Of a DNA stretch of 64,000 nt, positions 1-9,700 are shown one piece after another. The translations under genes and the position numbers were made by a program. Source of the stretch: a virus. Lineage: Duplodnaviria > Caudoviricetes. Below the pieces are notes generated by a model. The model was not told where the DNA came from, searched no databases, and worked only from the letters and a program-made list of their open reading frames with translations. Location: positions 64,001 through 128,000 of IMG/VR virus record IMGVR_UViG_3300033061_001635; one strand, 5' to 3'. Every line of letters begins with the position of its first letter. Positions within the stretch are counted from its first letter, which is position 1.

Positions 1-1
1 T

Positions 2-466
2 GTATACAATCCAGACTATAAAAATAGTAACCAGGGCCATTCGATAAAATTATTTTTTGATACTATATACAAAAAGTCTGATAATGTATTAATATTAAAT
101 AATGGAATTATATTAAAGAAAAAATGTTTGAATAAATCAATGCTTGGCAATGAATCTAAAATATTTATCTTAAATAAGAAAAAAGAAGAATTTAAATTAG
201 GTTGTTCATCATCCAAAAATTTAGACTATATTTTTTATGATTTACCAGAAAGTTGGTCGGAATGTATTTATTTAAACCAAATAAGTATCGAAGTTTTACA
301 GAAAATTATTGAGCACTCGTCAATTAATCAAATGTATCTTTTTGAAATTATAAACCAGGTAATAAGTCATAAAAATATTACTATAGAAAAAGAATATATT
401 GATAAAAAAATGATTATGAAAGTAAACACACCAAAAGACATACTTAAGGCTAGATATTATATATGA
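2..466 (+). CDS. 5'-truncated sugar/choline-phosphate nucleotidyltransferase-like protein (LicC/NTP_transferase fold, possibly degenerate)
   Basis: Frame is open from base 2: VYNPDYKNSNQGHSIKL...NVLILNNG...MYLFEIINQ...KVNTPKDI resembles LicC-type 'YNPDY..TN...S' and C-terminal 'EID...DL' motifs. The ORF-track start at 128 is internal. Confidence 0.55.
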   Translation, partial: VYNPDYKNSNQGHSIKLFFDTIYKKSDNVLILNNGIILKKKCLNKSMLGNESKIFILNKKKEEFKLGCSSSKNLDYIFYDLPESWSECIYLNQISIEVLQKIIEHSSINQMYLFEIINQVISHKNITIEKEYIDKKMIMKVNTPKDILKARYYI

Positions 467-1200
467 CAAAAAAATTATTAGTTCAAAATTTTAATACAAA
501 ATTTATTAAAAATACAATCTATTCAATTATAGATGATGTTACCATAATAAATACCGATATAGATAATAATTTATATAAATTATATTATCGTTATAATTTT
601 ACTCATACTATATTTGCTGCATCTCTGCTTTCTACAGAGATTACTCAATTTATTTCTGATTTCTCAGAATCTGTAAAAGTCTTTTTGTATCATGATACAT
701 TTATTGATGATGCTGCTAGTATTTTATCTAATACTAATATTACACACATAGTAAATGATAACTATACTAGTGATAAATATAATATTATTAATATTAATCC
801 ATATATAATTAATACAAATTTATTTAATAAAGATGGACAAAGTGAAGCTCGTAATAATTCTATTGTAGGTTTTTTAGATCACTATAATTTTATACCAAAT
901 CATTTAAATAATTATTTATACCCAAAAACAAAATTACCAATTAAGATATTTAATGCTGTTAATTCTGAACATCATCAAAATTTAGGATTGGTTAATGACT
1001 TTGAAAAATCACAATTATTAAAATCTAATAAGTATTACTTGTCATTAGACTATGAAAAAGACTATTCTATAGAAGCACAGGCTTGTGGGGCAATAATTGT
1101 AAACCCAGATCAACTGTCTATTATAAATAATGTATCCTACACTGATCATCCTGAAATAATGGATCACAAACAATTTATTATAGAAAGAATTCTAGTATGA
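463..1200 (+). CDS. Glycosyltransferase (GT-B/GT4)-like protein, divergent
   Basis: ATGA overlap with upstream gene; C-terminal 'YSIEAQACGAIIV' matches the GT4 'EAxACG' motif. Confidence 0.45.
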   Translation: MTKKLLVQNFNTKFIKNTIYSIIDDVTIINTDIDNNLYKLYYRYNFTHTIFAASLLSTEITQFISDFSESVKVFLYHDTFIDDAASILSNTNITHIVNDNYTSDKYNIININPYIINTNLFNKDGQSEARNNSIVGFLDHYNFIPNHLNNYLYPKTKLPIKIFNAVNSEHHQNLGLVNDFEKSQLLKSNKYYLSLDYEKDYSIEAQACGAIIVNPDQLSIINNVSYTDHPEIMDHKQFIIERILV

Positions 1201-1655
1201 CAGATATTGGCTTTGTTCTATTAAAGATGAATAATGATAAAATTTATGATGATATTTTACAGACAATAAAAGAGTTTGAAAATAATTATCCAAATAATCA
1301 AATGGTTATTTTTAATAGCTATTCTGAAAAAATAAACACATACAATTTACCAATATTACATTTAAATCAATCTCAGTTTTTAAAAGGAACTTTGATAATA
1401 TTTGATCTGCCTAGTATTATAGTTACTAATAAATTTCCCAATATTAATAAAAGAATACTATTTGCTAATAATATTCCATGGCAAAATAATACACAAACCA
1501 CATATTCAGAATGGCTATCGTTATACGATCAAGACAACTTAGACATTATAACTTCTTCAAAAGAATTATATGACATATATAATATATGCTGGAAAGAACC
1601 CCTAGGTATTTGCGAAGGATTCAAATATGAAAACGTCAAAAAATTCATACAATAA
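1197..1655 (+). CDS. Hypothetical protein (possible Rossmann-like GT-B half)
   Basis: 152-aa ORF translationally coupled (ATGA) to the previous gene. Confidence 0.6.
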   Translation: MTDIGFVLLKMNNDKIYDDILQTIKEFENNYPNNQMVIFNSYSEKINTYNLPILHLNQSQFLKGTLIIFDLPSIIVTNKFPNINKRILFANNIPWQNNTQTTYSEWLSLYDQDNLDIITSSKELYDIYNICWKEPLGICEGFKYENVKKFIQ

Positions 1656-2424
1656 ATTATCAGATGCTGAGAAGAAAGATCTGATAGAACAATGGTATAT
1701 TGTTAATAAACTTAGTTTTGCCGATATAGCTACTAAATTTGATACATATGCTAATAAAATACGAAGAGATGCTAAAAAATTTAATCTAGAAATAAGAGAT
1801 AAATCTAAAGCTCAAAAAAATGCTTTGACAACAGGAAAGCACAATCATCCAACAAAAGGACAAACAAGATCAGAATCTACAAAACAAAAGATAGGTTTTG
1901 GAGTAATGCAGTCGTGGGACGGCCTAACTGAAAAAGAATTAGAAGACAGAAAAGAGAAAGCAAAATTAAATTGGGAAAAATTAGATAATAATGTAAAAAT
2001 TAATATGCAACAATCAGCAATAAAAGCTGTGAGAGAAACTAGCAAGACAGGATCCAAATTAGAAAAATTTATACATAAAAAGTTATTAAGCCTGGGGTAT
2101 CAGGTTCAGTTTCATAAAGAGCAATCTTTGATAACTACCAAGTTGCAAATTGATATTTTTCTACCTACTATAAATACGGCCATCGAAGTTGATGGGCCTT
2201 CACATTTTGAGCCAGTATGGGGCGAAAAAAGTTTAGCAAGAAATATTGGATATGACCAAAAGAAAGAAGGATTAATAACTGGTAGAGGATGGCACTTAAT
2301 AAGAATTAAACAATTAAAAGATTATTCTCCAACAAGAGCATCCGAGGTTATTACTAAATTGATTCCGATCTTAGAAAGATTATCAAAGGAAACTGTACCA
2401 CAAAAAATTAATATAGAGGATTGA
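1627..2424 (+). CDS. DUF559/Vsr-like endonuclease with N-terminal HTH and NUMOD3-like motif (homing-endonuclease-like architecture)
   Basis: HTH-like 'LSFADIATKFDTYANKIRR'; NUMOD3-like 'KGQTRSESTKQKIG'; nuclease 'SKLEKF...QIDIFLP...AIEVDGPSHF...DQKKE...GWHLIRI'. Confidence 0.75.
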   Translation: MKTSKNSYNKLSDAEKKDLIEQWYIVNKLSFADIATKFDTYANKIRRDAKKFNLEIRDKSKAQKNALTTGKHNHPTKGQTRSESTKQKIGFGVMQSWDGLTEKELEDRKEKAKLNWEKLDNNVKINMQQSAIKAVRETSKTGSKLEKFIHKKLLSLGYQVQFHKEQSLITTKLQIDIFLPTINTAIEVDGPSHFEPVWGEKSLARNIGYDQKKEGLITGRGWHLIRIKQLKDYSPTRASEVITKLIPILERLSKETVPQKINIED

Positions 2425-2429
2425 TTATT

Positions 2430-3158
2430 ATGGCTAAAAAGGAAAAGATAGAGAAAATGGAAGAAACTAATAACGTTGTGGAAACAAAAAAGATCCCAAA
2501 TACGACCGATTTGGAATGGACCGATTATGTATTAAGCTTATTATCTGATGATGAAAAAATTAATGGCAATCCCACAACAGATGGATTAAGGAGAATATTT
2601 GAAATAGCATTAAATTGCAGAGTAGTAGCCTCAACCTCAAATGTTGTACAATCTCCTGATCCAAACAACGAAAAAAGAGCAACCGTGGTTCATACGCTAT
2701 GTTATTATTTAAACGATTTGACTCCTGAGACCAGTCATTTAAATATGGTAACTGTGGATGGCGCAGCGGACGTTTATTGGGGTAATTGTGACAAGGTTTA
2801 TAGGAACCATCCGGTGGCCGTGGCAGAAACAAGAGCAGAAGGACGATCTTTACGAAGAGCGCTTAAGCTAAGAAAAGTTGTGGCTGCTGAAGAATTGGCC
2901 AAAGATATTGAAGATAATCCAGATAATGCTAGTGTTTCTAAGATTAGTAATAATCAGATTAATTTTATTGACGTTATGGCACAAAGACTTAATATAAGTG
3001 TGGTTAAGCTATTTAAAAATAATCAATTGCCCGTAGATAATGTTTATTCTATGTCTCATGATGATGCTGTTAATATAATTAGATTATTATCTAAGTATCA
3101 ACAGAATATATCAGAGATTTCGGATGACATTATGGGTTACTCTAGTGACTGGAAATAA
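2430..3158 (+). CDS. Rad52/Sak-like single-strand annealing protein (putative)
   Basis: 'AVAETRAEGRSLRRAL' resembles the Rad52/22-family helix; C-terminal 'ISNNQINFI' helical motif is common in phage annealases. ATG at 2430 preferred because GAGGA lies at 2416-2420. Confidence 0.55.
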   Translation: MAKKEKIEKMEETNNVVETKKIPNTTDLEWTDYVLSLLSDDEKINGNPTTDGLRRIFEIALNCRVVASTSNVVQSPDPNNEKRATVVHTLCYYLNDLTPETSHLNMVTVDGAADVYWGNCDKVYRNHPVAVAETRAEGRSLRRALKLRKVVAAEELAKDIEDNPDNASVSKISNNQINFIDVMAQRLNISVVKLFKNNQLPVDNVYSMSHDDAVNIIRLLSKYQQNISEISDDIMGYSSDWK

Positions 3159-3160
3159 AT

Positions 3161-3481
3161 ATGAAAGTTTTATACAAAGCGAGTGATAAGCTAACATTTG
3201 AACTAGAAGGCTCTGGACAAAAAGAAATTTTTAAAGAGCTAGCACTAATACAAGAAATTTTTGCAGAAGAAAAGTGTGGATTATGTGGTAGTCATAATTT
3301 ACGATTCATTGTTAGGAACGTAGAAGGAAATGATTATTATGAAATTCGCTGTGCAGACTGTGGTGCTATCTTAGCATTTGGCCAACATAAAAAGGGCGGA
3401 ACACTATTTCCAAAACGCAAAGATGACGAAGGAAATAATTTACCCAATAAAGGTTGGCACAAGTGGACAGCGAAAGCTTAG
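3161..3481 (+). CDS. Small Zn-ribbon protein
   Basis: CGLC and CADC pairs; directly follows the annealase. Confidence 0.65.
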   Translation: MKVLYKASDKLTFELEGSGQKEIFKELALIQEIFAEEKCGLCGSHNLRFIVRNVEGNDYYEIRCADCGAILAFGQHKKGGTLFPKRKDDEGNNLPNKGWHKWTAKA

Positions 3482-3789
3482 TCTTCTTTAGTCCATTTTA
3501 ATTCAGGACATTCTTGATCCTTAAAAAATAGTTTATTCATATAGTTTAAATTTCGAGTAATAATACAGTCACATTTAGTACATGTGTTGTTATTAAAAAA
3601 CTCGCAAGTATTACATACAGAATATCTTTTTTCTACTTGATCATTAGTGCATAAATTATCCACCCCAGATGGTTTATGAATCATACATGGAAATATGGGG
3701 GGATATCCGTCCTCTGTTATTATTCTTAATCCACAATTTAAGCACTGATATTCATTATTATGAAAGTTGATAAAATTACATAGGGCCAT
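3478..3789 (-). CDS. Small Cys-rich (metal-binding) protein, last gene of the tail operon
   Basis: CLNC, CNTC, CTKCDC and CP..KW motifs. ATG at 3789 overlaps the end of the upstream gene (ORF track gives 3807). Confidence 0.7.
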   Translation of the reverse strand: MALCNFINFHNNEYQCLNCGLRIITEDGYPPIFPCMIHKPSGVDNLCTNDQVEKRYSVCNTCEFFNNNTCTKCDCIITRNLNYMNKLFFKDQECPELKWTKED

Positions 3790-6700
3790 ATGAGCTATCA
3801 TATTCAAAAGGTATTAATTCCCATGGGAATCCAGTAACTATGGAATCTGTTTTATTCTCTATCCTGTCAACACTGCCAAAAAAAGATCTAAAAATCATTT
3901 CATTTTGTAATTTGAAAAAATCTGGCAATGGTGCATATTGTAGTTGATTATTTTGTATATTAAGAGCATACCACACATAAAAACTATTATTTATCGGTTC
4001 TGGCATATCACCAAAATCAGTAGGTATATCTGGTTTACCTACTCCTTGTCTATAGTTATTCGTTGTTCCGGGACGATATATTGTTGTTAATCTATCTACG
4101 CCACGCAATAGTCTTGGTATTTTTTTTACCATTACCGATATATTATTTTGATCGAATAGATTTACAGTTGCTGCTATTGTAGTTGGCTTTCCCGTTCTGT
4201 CGCCATCTTGTAGTAAGCCAATTCCTCCAGGACTACCGTTGCTACCATTGCAAGGCGGCATACCCGGCAAACTAACAGTATCAATAGTTTCAGGAGCAGG
4301 AGTATAGTTCTGTACTGGTATCTTATATGTTTCTTGGACTATGACGATTATTTCTTCATTGGGTAATGCATCTTGAAATGCATCCCGATAAAAGGTTTGG
4401 TCTCCATTAATATTAAAGGTTCTTTTTTTTACAATCTCTTTCCAAGAACTAATAGCCGATCCATATTCAGATTGTATTCTAGTCATTTCTTGATTAACAA
4501 ATGCTTCATCAACAGTATACGTATAATCCTGACCCTGAATGCTTGGACCACTATTCTTAAAGGTCATGTTTTCTCCTTGCATATCTGATGGGGCCTTAGC
4601 ATTACAAACATTATCATTAGCATTCCGTGACTGAGTCATACCATAGTTTGAAACTTTACAACTATAGGCAGTTTTTACTAATACTTTTGGGTTTGCTTCA
4701 TAATCCGGGAAACATCCTTGATTAGGATCTAAATTAATCCAATAGTGATTTTCGTTTAATTTTTTGTATTCTATGGATATAGGCCCAGTACCAGATATTA
4801 CGGGTCCGTATTTTGGTAAAACATCAGTATTAATTTTTAATGGATGAGCATCTGGTAAACTTGATCTTAAAGTAGGGATGTTATTTATTAATACTGTTTG
4901 ACTTCTTATAAGATCAGCAATATCGTACTCCTCCTGATATAGCTGTTCCATTTTATTAAAAGTATTTTTTTTATGACAATTTGTAAATGATGTAGTCGTT
5001 CTAGAATCACAAGATCCAGAATCGGCAGGCAACGAATTATAATGTTGAACAATATATTTTAAATTATCAGATGCTAAAATAGTAGATGTTCGATCAGGCT
5101 TCCCAACAATATTATCTAATGATGTTTGTATGCCAGTATTTGTAATCAGATTGAACCTGTCTTTTAATGTTGTTAATTCAGAGCTGGTAATGCTTCCAAT
5201 TGGTATATGATTATAATAATCTCCTTCTACCTCTAGTATGCCACTTTGAACTCCAGTAGGCAAGGTTTGATTATAGTATGTACGAATAATAGATATATTT
5301 TTAGGCATATCGTTATATGCTGATGATAAATTAAGATTTTCAAATATTGCCTGTTCTTTTTCTCCTGATGCAATAATTACAACTTCTCGATTTAATTTTT
5401 CTGTTCTATAAAGCAATGGCTTAACGAATTCATCTTTGCTATACGAATATCCATAAGTTTTGCTTGCGAACCACGCTGGAGACGGGGTTAAATTAGTTAT
5501 GCTTTCGTTTATAGTCCCAGTGCCTGATGGTTGAAATAATGTAATTTTAGCATGTTTAATTTTGTCGTTCTCATGGTTATTTAATATTTCCGAAATATTT
5601 TTTAATTTATTACTACAAATATTATTTGATAATACATTCTTTTCTAAAAATATTGAAGCATCACCATATGATCCTATGGAATTGCATGTAGATTGCAAAT
5701 CAATAGTATCGTTTATCGTTTTACTAGTATTATTTAAGCCCCATATATTATATTTGTTTTTGACTTTGTCTTGAACTGTTGTTTCGTTTTTATAAGTTAA
5801 AAATATAGTATCATTATCATTAGGACACATGATATCATAGCCCGACTGTATAGGGCTAGACATTACAAATACTGAATTATAAGTATTATTTTGCAATATT
5901 AAAGCTTTTTTAGCTATTGTATTAGATAAGGTTGTTGTTCCAGACATCAGAATAATAGAATCATTATAACTAAAAATATCATATGGTATTCTTCCAGACA
6001 TGGTTATCATTTTATTCCCGCTAATATCAACATTAATAATATCATTATGCCAAAACTGTTGAGTAGAACTACCAAAAGACAAAACTGCATTTTGACTCAA
6101 ATATAAATTAGCTTTATTGAGATTTTCAAATTTATTACTGGTATTGTTGGCATTTGTAATTAGTGCAGCGGTTTGACCAGCTAAATATAATCCACTATTA
6201 ACTATATCATATAAAATATCACCACTGTTAACAACTGTATTGTTGTAAGAGTTTGGGGGATTTAAAGCAGTACCATCAGAAACCCCTGATATATTTTTAA
6301 TAAATTTGGGATCTATTAATTCTTTATATGATGTAATTTTTTTATATGTAAATTTTCCAAAGTTGTTATGTCTAGATAATCTAACAAATTTATATTGATT
6401 ATTTTTTAATATTGGAGTATTATGATATTTAAAAATGCTCGCCTCGGCAGTATGCCATAAAGAAGTAGGTGTTTTAAAATTTAATAGAATTTTTTCAGAA
6501 GACCCGAACGGATATTTTTTATAGTCAGGCATCCATACGTCTTTACCTTCGTTTTCTAATTCTGTAGCATATGATGTTGCTCTTAAAAATGATATTATAG
6601 CTGAGTAAGCTGCATCATTATTTATTCCCGCAATACCAGCTAAAACTCCAACAGCACCCATACCTCCCATTGCTCCGGCAGCAGCAGTAGAAGTCATTAT

Positions 6701-9700
6701 AGCAAGAATAGCCCAGCTTGGAAATTGTGGAGGCTTTTGCACAGTTATTGATCCAGTAGGATCATTGTCTGGACTAGAGCACATATTTTCATCCGATATG
6801 CAACAGTGGGGAGCATTATAATTTGCCAAAGGCAATAAGTGTTTATATGCACTTAAATCTGCAATAAAACTATGTCCATTATATATTAAACCTTTTTTAT
6901 AATCTATTAATGATAAAACATCACTATTTCCATAGGATGTTAAACTAGGTTTAGTTTCTGGTACAAAGTCTCTTTCTTTTTCGGTATGTAATATCAGTTC
7001 CCAACTACATAAAGAGTTTGATATTAAGCTAGATTTTGATATATTTTTGACCGTTTCAAACTCAGATAAATATTGAGCATTAATTGTATTATCTCGTGGA
7101 ACCATATCATCTTCTTCATCTAAAACCATTATATTTAGTTTAAATTTTGTTTCACCATCTAACGAGCCTGAAACACATGATGATGTGGGAGTGTTTCTAA
7201 ATAAAGAATCTGAAACAAATTTATTAAAAGTATTATTACTAATATTTAAATTATTTAATTTTATTATTGAGGAATGATAACAGGCTTGTCTATCAGAAAA
7301 CCCCGTTGCTGCTGTAGTTGGTAAAACTTCGTGATTATTTTGACAAATTGTTTGTTTTGATCTTATTGGATCTAGGAGATAAGAATATTCAGAACCAGAT
7401 GCTGCGCTATAATAGTTTTGAGAATTAACTATTTCGTATGGAGAGTTATGTTTTGAGGCGTGGTCTGAGAATTTAATACTAAAATTATATCCATTATTAT
7501 ATAATGTTTCCTGATTTAATAAAACTAATTTAAAATTACTATTATCTAGTCCAGATACGCTATTAAAGTTTAATAAATTCTTGAGATAGTCATTTAATCC
7601 AGAATTTGATAAAATATTAATTTTACTCTGATTATATGTATAGTCTCCAAAAAATACATTCTGATTTATGGTTTGATTAATAAAATCCTTACTTCTTAAT
7701 AGTAAAGGAGAATCTGTAGCTTCTGCTCTGGCGGCTTTTTCTTTTGAGTCATATTCTACATCCAACCATACTATAAGGTTTTTAGTATTAACATAATTTA
7801 AAAAATTTAATTTAACTTCAATATCTTTAATGCTTAAATTATTAATTTTTGGAATTCTCTTATTTTTTGATCCGACAACACTAGAAAATGGTCCTGTTAC
7901 TGCAAATTTATAATATGAAGTATCTATTTCTTGCATATATTCAAACTCGTCATTAACTACTGGATTATTATTAGAATATAAAGATTCGTAATCTTTTGGT
8001 TCTCCCTTATTTAGTATTCTATAGCCATGACTACCATTAAAGATGCTTAAATCAATGTCCGCATAGTTTTTATGTAGTTGATTTGCAGCGTCCGTTCCTG
8101 CACAACACTCCCAACGAACTCCATCTGAAATTGATAACGATATTGTACTAGACAATATTTTAGGTATTGTCTGATTTGCAACTAAGTCTGATTGATTAGA
8201 TTTTAATCTATCTATTTTTGGTCCTATGAAACTGAAAGAGTCACGACCACCAGGATTGAATTTTAGTACGGATGATTTATTCGCATGAGCAGAATATAAC
8301 CTGCCGCTATGTGGTATCCATCCGCTGGCAGGATGAAATATTCCTTTAATAAAAGGCATTTTTAAACCAGAGCCATCTAACTGTATAGACTTTTGCATAC
8401 AAATTATATTTGGCTGATTTAAAGGATGTCCGGTAACATGTGGTAATATAGTAGGATTATTACTAACTATAGGACTAGGAACATTGGGCAAAGCTGTATT
8501 TTCTGATGGTTTGGTTAGACCAGTAACATTTATTCCTAGAGAGTCTAAAAAAGATCTACTATATCCACCATAACTTTTAATTGGTGGAGCAAATTTAGTA
8601 GATATTTGAGGGAAACTATAAGTGCTAGAGTGGCCCTCCTTTACAGTATCAACGCTTTTATACCCATTCCATTCTGGTCGATATACATATTTTTCTAGCT
8701 CAAAACTACCCCCAGCGCCCTCCTGTCCAGAATACTTATTCTGTCTTAATGTAACATTGCGATTGACATCCGTTTCTCCACCATTTAGATACTGATTGCT
8801 TTTTTCTACAGTAATTTTAGGATAATACATACTCAAACACTGAGAGCATTTAGGATCATCTGTTCTTATTCTTTCAAGATATATGCTGTAAAGTTTACCT
8901 GTGGTATTATTTGGCTTATATTGAATACTAAGTACTGGACTATTTCGTAGTGTAAATGTATTACTAAAGTCAAAAACACATTCTGATCCCATATTGTTTA
9001 TTTCCGATAGCATTGTTGTACCTAATCCCAAATTACCCAATGATCTTCTTGTCGCACAGTTTGTTTGTATTGGAAGAAAAACTCCAGCAATATTATTAAT
9101 TGCAATTTGATTAAATTTAATAGTATTACATAGTATATTGTCTTTATCAATGACCAAAGGAGCTGGCCATTGATTAATTGCTATAGGACTTATCCAAGAT
9201 TTAGATGTTGGATCCCAATATTTGCCATATTGCGCTTCATTATTCAAATTTTTCCCATCAACAACATAAAATGTTTTGTATTTAGTAAATGAACCAAATG
9301 GCGTAGATGCTGTACATTTGATAGTATATTTTCCGGTATATTCTGGATAAAACTGAGTTTTATGTCCAAATCCTGTCGCATTTCGATAGTCTGTGCCCTG
9401 AAAATTTGTTCCAAAATATCCCGTCCTGCCGCCAACCTGTTCCCAAACAAAAGACATAGACTGTTCTAGATATGAGTCGGGTAATCCAATAACATCACTT
9501 TGCGGAGTCCCAAGATCGTGACCAACAACTCGATCAAAACTGTTCAACATGATACCTACAAGTTCTATGCCATTATCATCATTATTTTCGTTACGTATTC
9601 CTTGTATTCCTTTAAATGTCCGAACCTGTAATGGTGGAGAGCCATCCTCCCCATCGTTATATAAATTAGATATATGAGTAGCGTATGGATCAGAATTCAA

